Shown here piece after piece: positions 41,896 to 52,141 of a stretch of DNA of 64,000 nucleotides. How positions within the stretch are numbered: position 1 is the first letter of the stretch; each line of letters opens with the position of its first letter. The notes beneath the pieces were generated by a model. That model was not told where the DNA came from and searched no databases. It saw nothing but the letters and a program-made list of their open reading frames with translations. The position numbers and the translations under genes were made by a program. Source of the DNA: Thecamonas trahens ATCC 50062 (Eukaryota > Protista > Apusomonadida); assembly GCF_000142905.1 (NCBI RefSeq), contig NW_013657612.1, positions 68,159 to 132,158 on the forward strand, given 5' to 3'.

Positions 41896-44205
41896 CCGAG
41901 CTCTTGGCGATACCAGCTTCCATCGGCTCAGGCTCGACGGCCGCCGCCAGTTTCGGCTCTGAAACCGCGTTCGGGACCGGGATCGGCAGCGGCGCAGAGG
42001 TGCTTGGCCTACGGTGCGGCGACTCGGGGACGGACGTCTCCGACTCTGCAAACGACTCCATGGCCGAGTCGAAGCGGGACCAGTCGTTGCGCGGAATCGA
42101 GAGCGATGCGAGGAGCGGTGACGGCGAGCGCGAGCTCGTCTCGCGCTCGCCGACAGCGGCTGCAGCGGTGACGACTGGTGCCAGCAGCGAGACCTCGGAC
42201 CCGGCGTCCGACTCCGAGTCAGAAATCGCCAGGCCGCCGGCGTCCGGTGGCGGCACAAACAGTGGTGAAAAGGCTGGGGACTCGGCCGAGCCCGGGAGCG
42301 ACGATGCCCCGACAGCGTTGCCAAGATCTGTTCCCAGCGCAGGCTCGTCGGCCGAGTCCGAGATAGCAAGCTCCGAGTCTGGGACGTTGGCCAGGGCGCC
42401 GAGGTCCAGGTCGGCCTCCGAGTCGGACCGGCTCGACAAGGTGCATGTTGACGGTCCAACCATCTCGCCCTCGGACGGAGCGATGGAGCTGGGGTCTGAT
42501 CCGGCTTTGGAGCTTGTCTCCGAGCTTGTTCCCGACTCAGACTCCGAGGGGAGGTTGAGCTGTCTGAAGCTGGCGCGGCTACGGGCGCGGCCGGCACAAT
42601 CTCAAAAGAGCACGAGCCGTCCGACTCGGACATCGCCCCGGGCGCTGCCACCGGCGCGGGCGGCACGACCTCAAACGAGCACGAGCCGTCCGACTCGGAC
42701 ATCGCCCCGGGCGCTGCCATCGGCGCGGGCGCTGCGAACGTCTCGGGCGCGTCCAAGGCGGCTGACTGTGTTCCTGACCCCGAGCCCGATCCAGAGCCGG
42801 AGCCCGATCCCGAGCCAGACCCCGAGCCAGAGCCAGACCCCGAGCCAGATTTGAGTTTGAGCTCGAACCAGAGCTCGAGCCAGACTCGGCCGAGTTCGAG
42901 TCCGAGATAGCCAGCTGGTTAAGCCTCCGCTCCTTGGCGGCGGCTTTGGCAGCCTTGCGCTCGGCGCGGCGGGCCTCGCGGTTGGCCTCGCGCCGCTTGA
43001 TGCGGTTGGCCGAGGCACGGATGGCGGCAAAGGCAAGCGGGTCAAGCGTCGGCGGCGCAACGTCGGGCTTGGAGAGTGGGACCCGGTTGAGGACGGCGTC
43101 TTCGTCAATAAGGGCGGCCGACGGCGGTGCCGGCGAGTCGGCGTCGTCAAAGCGGCGGGCGCGGAGTCGGATGTTCTTGGAGCAGAGGAACATGGTGTCC
43201 TTGCCATCGCGGGTGGGATGCCGGAGAATCGGAACCGGGAGGCGCGAGAGCGCCTTATCGAGAAGCCGCCCTTTCTCCCAGCCCTTGCGCTTGATCCGCT
43301 TCGACTTCTCGGCCCACTCCAGCAGGGCGTCGCGGGTGATAAAATACGGCGAAGTTCCGGCCAGCTTGAGCTTCCTCGCCTTTGACTTGAGAATCTTCTT
43401 CTGCGTACGCGACATCTTCTTCTTCTCCTTCTTGACCTTTTTGAAGACCACGTCATCGCCTCCCATGTACGGCATAGCCACCTTGTTCGTCGCGAGCACT
43501 TGATCACGCTTGCGCTTGGCGACTTCTGCCACGGCCTCTGCCTCTTCCACCACCTTCATCTTGCTCTCCCCATCACCAGAATCGCCACTGTTTCCACCAT
43601 CAATACCATCACCTTGCATCATCATGGCCCTGGCCTCCTCCACCGCAGCCTCTGCCACCTCGGCCGCTGCTTTGACCTCGTTCTCGGTCGCCTGCCACTC
43701 TTCCCGCAGTCCGTGCAGATAATGCGGGAGTGCCTGCTCCACACGCAAAGTCTGTCCGCGCCACTTGGTACCCGAGTACACACTCAGGCCTACGTCCACA
43801 ATGGTGAGTCAGAGTCGGTGCCAGTGATGCGAGATGATGGCATGGGCGGACGGGGGTCGTTGTCGCGAGGATGGCCATCCATCCATCGATGTCAAGGCGA
43901 CATGCCAGATGGGTGGGTGTGGTGATGGGGATAGCGGGAGCTCCAGAGGAGGCAATAAAACAGAGGGAAATTGAGGGGAAAACTATGGGGATTACGAGCA
44001 GTGTTGGTTACGTACACCGAAGCATGGATTTGTACTCGCAGTCTAGGCTGATGTAGGTAAAGATGTCTGGAGAGGCTCCCACGGCCGACTCACGGACACG
44101 GGAGTCCAGCGCCACTACCTTGCCAAAGGGCGTGAAGCGGTTCCGGAGGTCAGAGGTTGTTGTCGACTCGGGATATCCCGTGACAAAGAGACGATACACC
44201 GGCAT
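39722..44205 (-). CDS. NOL8: Nucleolar protein 8-like (N-terminal RRM, long Ser/Gly-rich disordered region); intron 43790-44015; apparent 1-nt deletions near 42850 and 42549
   Basis: Spliced RRM RLFVTGY...[12 protein letters not shown]...FTYISL...[21 protein letters not shown]; NOL8 blocks [18 protein letters not shown]...GDERFKL and VRYDPT. Stitched from ORFs 44008.., 42579.., 41500.. and 39722.. Confidence 0.8.
41650..41900. repeat. Coding hexamer repeat encoding poly-(Ser-Gly) in NOL8
   Basis: (GAGCCA/GAGCCC)n on the plus strand. Confidence 0.9.
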
Positions 44206-44927
44206 GGCCCCGTTCCACGTGCGAGAGACGGGTGGCGATGTGTGCTGCCGGTAGGAGGCGAGCGAGGGTGGAGGCCGGCGGTGATGGGAAGGGGCCAGAG
44301 TCCGGGTTGCGGGTGACTACAATTCACGGCGAAGGTGGGATCTGAGAAGAATTTTTTTGGCAGGTTGATGTCTATGCCGAGACACTCTGCTGCTCGTTCT
44401 TATGAGAGTATCGAGGTGCTGTGGGCATAGGATAGCGGTAGAGGTATGTGATTGTTCGAGCAATGAGTGTGGGGGAGAAGAGCGGTAAGAATGGGGGGAG
44501 AGCGGGGAGGGGAGGGTGATGACATTTATGTGGTACATTTTTATTCTGCTCGTGCTCTGTTCTATGAAGCGGTTCGCGGGTGATTCCACCTTCGTTAGCC
44601 GTCAGCCGCGCCACCCACCACCACCACGGCCCAGACAGCACGGCAAGCAAGAGTTGCCACACTCGACGCTATTTAGCTCCGGGAAGAGCACAGGAGGCAA
44701 GAGACTCGGTTGTCAAACACCATACACAACACCGGTGTCCATCCCAGGTGCAAGGAACAGGTGAACCGTTCTTGGCTTGCTCCGCTCGCGCCTCGGACTC
44801 TTGTCGTCTTTGCGTCGTCTTGCTTGCGGTTGTTTGCATTGCTGAGTGGAGCGAGGCAATATTCGATTGGTCGGGGTCAGGCGTTTATTGGCGACTTTTG
44901 TTGTGACAGTTAAGCAAGCGCCGGGAG

Positions 44928-47669
44928 ATGAGCAGACTTGCGATGGTTGGCGGCAAGAATATGCTGCGGTTGGCGAGCCGAGTGGCGCTGCTGGCGGCGG
45001 TGGTGTGTTTGGTGGTGGAGAGATGTGCGGCGGTGTGTGGTGACGGCATCCTCGAGCCGCTCGAGGTGTGTGACGACGGGAACCGGGTCGGCTACGACGG
45101 CTGCTCCTCGGTCTGCCTCAATGTCGACTACGGGTACGAGTGCGCGACGCCCGGGGCAGCGTGCACACGGCTGTTTACTTGCGGCGACGGCGTGGTGGAA
45201 TCGCCGCATGAGACGTGTGATGATGGGAACAAAGTGTCGGGCGACGGATGTGGGCGCGACTGCCTCGTCGAGGGAGGGTACAGCTGCACCGGAGGGCCGT
45301 CGGTCTGCAGCGCGAATTCAGTGTGCGGCGATGGATTCGTGGACGCCAGCGAGGCGTGCGATACCGGAAGCGCGCCGGCGGACGGGTGTGAGTCATGTAC
45401 GACTGTGAGCGCAGGTTATTTTTGCCCGCTCGGTGGCTCACCGTGCTACCTCCGCAACTGCACCAAGCCTGCGGGGTCGTATCCTCCGCCAGGTGAGGAT
45501 GTTGTAGCCGGCGAGCACCATCCCGACTGCATGGGCGTTTGCGGTGGTTTTGCGTTTGTGGACGAGTGCGGGGTGTGTGCCGGCGGAACGTCGGGAGTCC
45601 TGCCCAACTCGGCCAAGGACCACTGCGGCGTGTGCTTTGGCAAGAACATCGACAAGGACTCGTGCAACGTGTGCTTTGGCACCGACTTTGGAGTCGACGC
45701 GTGTGGAGTGTGTTTTGGCAACAACGCGACGTGCCGCGGGTGCGACGGAGTGCTCAACTCGGGCAAGCGCGACGATGCGTGCGGCATCTGCGACGGTGAC
45801 GGCTCGTCCTGCATGGGCTGCGATGGCATTCCGGTCTCGCTCGGCGGGAGCATCTACGACGAGTGCGGCGTGTGCGGCGGGAACAACACTGCGCCGTGCA
45901 TTGTCGGGTGCGACGGCGTTGTGGGCTCGGGCCTGGTGTACGACTGCGCCGGGGTGTGCAACGGGACCAAGGTACGCGACGTGTGCGGGGTGTGTCTCGA
46001 GCCAGACTCGCCGCTCTTTGACTGGCACAAGACAGCCAGCTCGTGCAACAACTGCTTTGGTGGCCACGGGACGTCACTTCCGTATGTCTCGCCAGACTCG
46101 TGTGGTATCAATTGTCCGCTTAACGACTGTACTGGACACGCGCTCGACGCGTGCGGCGTGTACAGCGGGAGTGGCGACACGTGCGACTCGACGTGCGGGA
46201 CGATTGTGCCGATGACAGATCCGACAGCCAAGGTTGTGGACAACTGTGGGACGTGCGGCGGGGGCGACTTTAGCGGATGCCTGGTCGACACCGACTGCAC
46301 GAACCGGGTCAATGCCGCGGATCCGCTGCGATACGACTGCCGCGGAATGTGCAACACGACCGGGACGGTGTATGCTCCGGACTTGTGCGGGGCGTGCTCG
46401 CCAGTTGCGCTCGCGCTGCAGCACTCTGTCATCACGCTCTGTGGTTGCTTCCAGGGCAAGGACTCGCTCGACGAGTGCAACACGTGCAAGGGCCAGTCGA
46501 ACGCGCTCGACGAGTGCATGGTGTGCTCGGGCGGGAACACGAACAAGGACATGTGCGGGGTGTGCTTTGGCTACGGACAGCTACGCGACTCGTGCGGAAC
46601 GTGTAACGGGACGAACAACTGCGTGGGGTGTGACTACATTCCGTACTCGAACCGGACTGTGGTGTGCGACGAGTGCGGCGGCGACGGGTCAGCGTGTGCG
46701 GCCGGAGCACAAGCCGAGTCTGAGCGGTTTACCGCGCTGATGCTCATGGGCGGCGGCTCGCTGTTCCTCCTCTGCTGCGTCGGCATCATCGGCGTGATTG
46801 TCTACCGGCGGCGGCAGCGGTCGTTTGTGAGCAAGTACGAGAAGCGGCGGGCGGCAGAGCTGGGCAACCACCCGACGGGTGAAGTCACGATTGTGTTTAC
46901 CGACATCGAGGGCTCGACCTCGCTCTGGGAGAACTTCCCGACCATCATGCCCAAAACGATCGAGACGCACCACTCGATCTGTCGGCGGGCGATCCTAGAG
47001 AATAACGGGTACGAGGTCAAGACTGAGGGTGACGCGTTTATGATTGCCTTCCACCAGCCGATCGACGCCATCTCGTTCTGTGGCAAGATGCAGCTGATGC
47101 TGATGAAGCAAAAGTGGCCGGCGCAGATCATGAACCACCCGTATTGCAAGGTGGAGAAGGACTCGTCTGGAAAGGTGGTCTTCAAGGGCCTCCGGGTCCG
47201 TATGGGCGTCCACACCGGGTACCCCTCGTGCCGCAAGGACGACAACACCGGAATCATGGACTACTTTGGCTCCATGGTCAACCGGGCGGCGCGTGTGGAG
47301 CATGCGGCATCGGGCGGGCAAATCCTGGCGTCGGCACGGTGCTACGAAGCGTGCCGGGTTGTGGTCGAGGCGCCCAAGTCGCCGTACATTGCTGTCTCGC
47401 TCGGCGAGAAGCACTTTAAGGGCATCAAGGGCCGCATGGCCATTTACCAGATCATGCCGCGGCAGCTCGCCTCACGGCCGTTCAAGGCCGTCACCTCGTA
47501 TGTCGAAAAGGCTGCGCCGTCGGCCGACCAGCCGTCGGCTACCCTCAATGGCTCGACCTCGGTCCTCGCTCCAGACGCGCTCTCGACCTCGTCGTCCGAG
47601 GACGACGAGTTTGACGCCTTCCGCGCGGGCACGCAGCGCGCCGGCGCCGCTTTTCAGGCCGGTTGGTGA
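44928..47669 (+). CDS. Single-pass receptor adenylyl cyclase: signal peptide, Myxococcus-type Cys-rich (DUF4215-like) repeats, many DxCGVCxG repeats, TM, class III cyclase domain
   Basis: CGDGILEPLEVCDDGN...DGCS-type repeat three times; repeated D.CG.C.G; TM LMLMGGGSLFLLCCVGIIGVIVY followed by RRRQR; VTIVFTDIEGST, YEVKTEGDAFM, GLRVRMGVHTG and MDYFGSMVNRAARVE. Confidence 0.92.
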   Translation: MSRLAMVGGKNMLRLASRVALLAAVVCLVVERCAAVCGDGILEPLEVCDDGNRVGYDGCSSVCLNVDYGYECATPGAACTRLFTCGDGVVESPHETCDDGNKVSGDGCGRDCLVEGGYSCTGGPSVCSANSVCGDGFVDASEACDTGSAPADGCESCTTVSAGYFCPLGGSPCYLRNCTKPAGSYPPPGEDVVAGEHHPDCMGVCGGFAFVDECGVCAGGTSGVLPNSAKDHCGVCFGKNIDKDSCNVCFGTDFGVDACGVCFGNNATCRGCDGVLNSGKRDDACGICDGDGSSCMGCDGIPVSLGGSIYDECGVCGGNNTAPCIVGCDGVVGSGLVYDCAGVCNGTKVRDVCGVCLEPDSPLFDWHKTASSCNNCFGGHGTSLPYVSPDSCGINCPLNDCTGHALDACGVYSGSGDTCDSTCGTIVPMTDPTAKVVDNCGTCGGGDFSGCLVDTDCTNRVNAADPLRYDCRGMCNTTGTVYAPDLCGACSPVALALQHSVITLCGCFQGKDSLDECNTCKGQSNALDECMVCSGGNTNKDMCGVCFGYGQLRDSCGTCNGTNNCVGCDYIPYSNRTVVCDECGGDGSACAAGAQAESERFTALMLMGGGSLFLLCCVGIIGVIVYRRRQRSFVSKYEKRRAAELGNHPTGEVTIVFTDIEGSTSLWENFPTIMPKTIETHHSICRRAILENNGYEVKTEGDAFMIAFHQPIDAISFCGKMQLMLMKQKWPAQIMNHPYCKVEKDSSGKVVFKGLRVRMGVHTGYPSCRKDDNTGIMDYFGSMVNRAARVEHAASGGQILASARCYEACRVVVEAPKSPYIAVSLGEKHFKGIKGRMAIYQIMPRQLASRPFKAVTSYVEKAAPSADQPSATLNGSTSVLAPDALSTSSSEDDEFDAFRAGTQRAGAAFQAGW

Positions 47670-48254
47670 GTTGGGAGATAGACGACGTACATAGATCACA
47701 GTTCCTCTTTGTCTGTGTGGCCAACCGGGTCATGTGCGGGTGGGTGTGGGTGTGGGCGAAGGCTAGCCCGCCCACCTCGCGCGCTGTGCTTGAGCTTGCG
47801 CACAACAGACTCGGAAGCTTCACGATACCGCGACGGATCACTCCAGGACTGCCATTGTTGTTCGCAGATGCCCCCCCCCCCACACCCCCCCCCCCGCAGG
47901 GGGGAAAAGGTGTTGCCACGTTTCAGGCCCGGGGGTGGAGGGCCAAGGAGCCTCGCGGCTTAACGGGCGGGGGGCTTGAAAGGCGCCGGCGGGCCGGGAT
48001 GAAGGGGGAGAGAGTCGGCTTTGGAGTAAGCTAGCCCCGGGCGCGGTGGACCCGCCGCAAATGGTCACAAAAAACAAATCCCCCTAGCATTTGATGGCTA
48101 ACTCAACTAAATCGCTAGTGCTAGATCGCATAAAAAAAGAGCCCACCCCCCCCCCATTTGTTTTGTTTTTTTTGGCCCTCCCACCACGTTACAAGACGAA
48201 GCGCGCACCAACGAAGAGAAACTCTCCCCCATCATAGACGCAGAGGGGCCGTCG

Positions 48255-48354
48255 NNNNNNNNNNNNNNNNNNNNNNNNNNNNNNNNNNNNNNNNNNNNNN
48301 NNNNNNNNNNNNNNNNNNNNNNNNNNNNNNNNNNNNNNNNNNNNNNNNNNNNNN
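48255..48354. other. Assembly gap (100 N)
   Basis: N run. Confidence 0.99.
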
Positions 48355-48847
48355 ACTGCCCTGTTGTTTCGTCAGACGACTGCCCCCCCCTCCCCCCCCC
48401 CCCCCACCCCAGGGAGAAGCATTTGAAACTGTTTCAGCATCATCTGGAGCAAACGTGAACTCCACCTCCTTTGCGACAGGTGGCTCTTCAGAGCGCGCAC
48501 GCTCGCCGCTATGGAGTGTCACGGCGATTGCACTCGCAATACGGCCCCCGCACGTCGCGGCGTGTCCGCGCGATCAAGGTCTCCAAAGTCATGTCGCCGC
48601 ACATTGTCATGACATTGATCTTGCAAGTCACTCGGCCTACGAACGCGCAAGAAGCGTAGCCACAACGCCGGGGCTCGAGTCGGCGACAAGTCTCACATGC
48701 GGGTAATTCACAGCCCCGCAAAAGAATGGAAACACTCTGCACGCTTCCGCGGCAAAAGGGCACGGCACCCAACCCCCGCAGCCGGAGAGGACGTATCATA
48801 TCTCGTCTGTTCGAACTCGAGGCAAGGACGTGCAACAGGGCAGAAGC

Positions 48848-49315
48848 ATGACGACAACAATGGTGGTAGTCGTGCTGGCCATGGCAGTGGTGGCGGCGGT
48901 AGCGGCGAGCGAGACAGCGGTGGCGGAGAGCGAGACGACGGGACATGCCGTGTGCAGCTGGATGGACATGGACATCAAGACAGAGTACCTGGCCAGCTCG
49001 CTGTGGTGCTGCCAGATCCCGCGGCCGGCGACACTGCAGACGACGATGGATGTGTTTCCGCACGGGGAGAGCGTCGCCGTGGCGTATCTGACCTACGCGC
49101 AGGCATTCGCATGCCAGGAGGAGAACCCGGTGGACATCCCGGACGTGGAGTTGGTCTACAACTCGACGGTCATGGAGAGTGGCCATCACTACGTGTACGA
49201 GACCGGGATCACCGGCATCAACTCGCCGTGGTCTGCCCTCCTCGGATTCCATTGCATGGACAAGGCCGGCTGCCAGTTTATCGTCCCGAACATCACCGTC
49301 GCCATTGCCTACTGA
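48848..49315 (+). CDS. Small secreted Cys-containing hypothetical protein
   Basis: Signal peptide MTTTMVVVVLAMAVVAAVAA, gene-like codon usage, and six Cys in the mature part. Confidence 0.7.
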   Translation: MTTTMVVVVLAMAVVAAVAASETAVAESETTGHAVCSWMDMDIKTEYLASSLWCCQIPRPATLQTTMDVFPHGESVAVAYLTYAQAFACQEENPVDIPDVELVYNSTVMESGHHYVYETGITGINSPWSALLGFHCMDKAGCQFIVPNITVAIAY

Positions 49316-49487
49316 CGGCACACCACGCGCAGCTGTAGCCATCCTCCCAACCCGCTCCTGGTTGTCGACTGGCCATGCGATGTCTGTAAAAACGAGCGAG
49401 AGATTGTGGCCCAAAGTCGCGCGGCAGAGTGGAGCACGGTGGAGCAGAGGGTGGAGCAGAGAGGCGAGGGGGAGGGGAAGGGTAGCT

Positions 49488-49937
49488 TCAATGGCAGGCC
49501 TTACCGTACTTCTTGAGGCGGTGGTAGTTGTATGGGAGCGGGACGACAAAGCCGGCGACCATGGCGGCGGCGGCGGCGGCAAGGCCCTCGGGCGTGGTGA
49601 GGCTCGGCGCGCCGCCGGTGAGCCACCAATCGACAGCGTTCTCGGCCGACTCCATGGCGAGCATGGAGCCCATGGACATGCCGGCGGCGGTGGATGCGGC
49701 GGTGGACCAGGTGGGGAAGCCTTCCTTCCACTTGAGCACGGCGGTCTCAAGGGCCAAGGACGTTCCGATGCCCGACGCCATGGCAATGCCCATCATCATG
49801 GCCGGTGACATGGTCGGCGCGGTGGCCGAGAGGTACGTCAGCGCGCCGAGATCGCCCACGGTGCAGCCGACCAAGCATCGCGTCGTGTTGGCTGCCGCCC
49901 GCTTCCACGTATGGCTGCATCGCCAAAAGCCTGTCAT
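49488..49937 (-). CDS. DUF4396-family membrane protein
   Basis: WKRAAANTTRCLVGCTVGD...TSLALET...MSMGSMLAMESAEN.VD...AGFVVPLPYNYHRLKKYGKACH. Confidence 0.8.
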   Translation of the reverse strand: MTGFWRCSHTWKRAAANTTRCLVGCTVGDLGALTYLSATAPTMSPAMMMGIAMASGIGTSLALETAVLKWKEGFPTWSTAASTAAGMSMGSMLAMESAENAVDWWLTGGAPSLTTPEGLAAAAAAMVAGFVVPLPYNYHRLKKYGKACH

Positions 49938-50039
49938 CGGTATCGCGTTTGTTCGGATCGTGCTGCAAAGTGTGTGCGCGTGGGCGTCAAGTGTTGCCGC
50001 TTGGGATGGTGGAGCGGGAGTGGAGCGGTGCGGAAGCGC

Positions 50040-51440
50040 TTACGCGGCAAAGATCTTGGCGGCAAAGGCCATGGCGGCGTTGCGGGCGGCGACCATCTGC
50101 GGCGGATCCTGGGCCGTAGGCGGCATCATGGGCGCGCAGTGGCCGGCGTCGTCGTAGAGGACAAACTGGTTGGCGCCGACGTTGGTGGCGTTGTAGACGG
50201 AGAGGTCGTGCCACGGATCGACGAGCGAGTTGATGAAGAGCACGTTTGTCGAGTCGGGCGTGTTGCCGCCAAAGAACGCGTTGGTGGCGTCGGTGTCGGC
50301 AAGGCCGGGCTTGCCAAAGATGGCGCCGTTGACGGTGTTGGCGAAAAAGTCCATGTCGACGGCGTCCGAGACGACGACCGAGCGCGGCGAGTTGAGCGGC
50401 TTGTAGAAGCCAAACTCCGAGTACTTTTGCCAGAACCACATGCGGCCGCCGATGGCCGACGTGTCGATGCGGGTCGACGCCTCCTGCTTCATAAAGTCGA
50501 GGTCGTTGCACTCCGAGTGCGAGCCGCCAAACTGGTAGTACAGGTCAAGGAAGGCAGCAAACGGATCGGCGGCGGCCGTCAGCTGGGCACACGCCGGCTT
50601 CAGCGGGAGCGCCGGCGGGTTGTCGTACTGCACAATCTCCTCGATCCAGTCGACGACTGCACCAAACATGAACAGGGCCTTGGAGGTGTTGGTGGCGTCA
50701 AGTGAGCCGCAGATGTTAAACTGCGAAGCGAGCTTGTCGCGGCCGGCGGCCGAGGCAAACATGGTGTCGATGGTGGAGACGACGTCGGCAATCTTGGCCG
50801 CGCACGCCTCGCCGACCGACTCGCGGGTTGTCTCGTCGTAGGCGGAAAAGTCGTTTGCGGCGAGGACGGGCGCCGAGAAGGCGAGCGAGCCGTTGGCAAC
50901 CTGCGGGTACTTGCTGCGGAACCAGGACGAGAGGGCGCCCGAGTACGAGCCGCCGACCACCAGAGTCGGCCCGGTAATCTTGTACGCTGTGCGGAAGTGA
51001 TCGATGGCGGCGGCAGTGTCCGCCAGCGCCTGCTGCGAGGTGAGCCACTGGAGGTTGTCCACCGAGAGATCAGCCGTGACCACCGACTCGCCGTAGTAGC
51101 GGTGCTCGAGCGAGAGCACAGCGCCGCCATGGGCGACCGCCACCTCGTACGAGATGCCGCCTGCGGCAAAGAAGCCCGATGCGGGGCCCTCGCCGTTGAT
51201 GTTGACCACAAGAGGGCCTCCCTCCACGTAGTGGGCGTCGTTGAACCACGTCCGCTGCTTCCAGCTCGCGCCTCCGCCCGACGCCGAAAAGTGGTCCCGC
51301 GGCTGGTCCAGCCAGGTCACCGGCGGAATGGCGTCGCTCGCCACAGCAGCCTCGAGCATGGGCTGGGGGATACGGACGTAGCCCGCCACGCCTGCCACAA
51401 GCACGGCCGCCATGATCAACAACGTGCCGGCCTTGTGCAT
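50040..51440 (-). CDS. Serine carboxypeptidase family S28 (PRSS16/PRCP-like), secreted or lysosomal
   Basis: WLDQPRDHF, NGEGP, LEHRYYGES, LTSQQALAD, catalytic Ser in GGSYSGALSSWFRSKYP, DPW and GHC. The start Met is uncertain (51440 or slightly upstream). Confidence 0.92.
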   Translation of the reverse strand: MHKAGTLLIMAAVLVAGVAGYVRIPQPMLEAAVASDAIPPVTWLDQPRDHFSASGGGASWKQRTWFNDAHYVEGGPLVVNINGEGPASGFFAAGGISYEVAVAHGGAVLSLEHRYYGESVVTADLSVDNLQWLTSQQALADTAAAIDHFRTAYKITGPTLVVGGSYSGALSSWFRSKYPQVANGSLAFSAPVLAANDFSAYDETTRESVGEACAAKIADVVSTIDTMFASAAGRDKLASQFNICGSLDATNTSKALFMFGAVVDWIEEIVQYDNPPALPLKPACAQLTAAADPFAAFLDLYYQFGGSHSECNDLDFMKQEASTRIDTSAIGGRMWFWQKYSEFGFYKPLNSPRSVVVSDAVDMDFFANTVNGAIFGKPGLADTDATNAFFGGNTPDSTNVLFINSLVDPWHDLSVYNATNVGANQFVLYDDAGHCAPMMPPTAQDPPQMVAARNAAMAFAAKIFAA

Positions 51441-51511
51441 CTGCCGCTGCTGCTTGCTCCGTCTCATCGTCGTCATTGTCTTGGTCACGTGACTTTGCCA
51501 ATAGAGTCGGG

Positions 51512-51560
51512 TGACTGACTGGCTGGCTGGTTGGCTGGCTGGTTGGCTGGCTGGCTGGCT
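51512..51560. repeat. (GGCT)n tetranucleotide microsatellite
   Basis: Directly visible. Confidence 0.85.
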
Positions 51561-51721
51561 TGTGCTGGTTTGTGCGAGAGGGCGGGTGCTGGTGGTGTGC
51601 GGGGAATACTGGACAGATTTGGCTATCGGATTGGTCCATGTCCTCGATCAGCCAAGGAGGAAACTATGGGTGACCAGATGGGCGGGCCTGTTGTGGTCAA
51701 CGGTGGTCGAGATACCGCCCA

Positions 51722-51892
51722 ATTCTTGCCTTGATATCGTGTGTACGCGAGCCATCGAACGGCGCTCACGTACACGCGGTTCGCCGTGCCAATCGGTACG
51801 ATGTGCTGGCAAAGATGGTCAGCACAGTAAATGCAAAGAAATCTCAAGTTGTCGCGCCAGCGGAGCGACCGCTCGGCCGACAACCGGGAGTG
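51722..51892. repeat. Dispersed 171-bp repeat, copy B (inverted relative to copy A)
   Basis: Reverse complement matches 38366-38536. Confidence 0.9.
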
Positions 51893-52141
51893 TTACTGTC
51901 CGAGATGATCATCGTGGAGCTCAGAGCGGTCAGGTCTGGCGTGGCGGAAAAAGCAAGAAGAATCGAAGATCAGCCAAAAAACCGCCCGCCTGGGGTGCAC
52001 GACGTGATCGGCAACGCAATGTGGTGCTGCTGTGAGGAACAATCGGAAAACATGTGTGACATGTGTGAGTGTGTTTGTGTGTTGTGAGTGATGGTGACTG
52101 TGGCTGAGTTGATGGCGGCGATTTGGCTGTTTCGTTTCTTT

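Noticed and set aside
44345-44365. AATTTTTTTGG resembling an Sm-binding site
   Set aside because: No flanking U1, U2, U4 or U5 signature such as ACTTACCTG, GTAGTA or GCCTTTTAC.
48115-48140. AGATCGCATAAA resembling part of vertebrate U5 snRNA
   Set aside because: The invariant U5 loop I and the Sm site are absent; a chance match.
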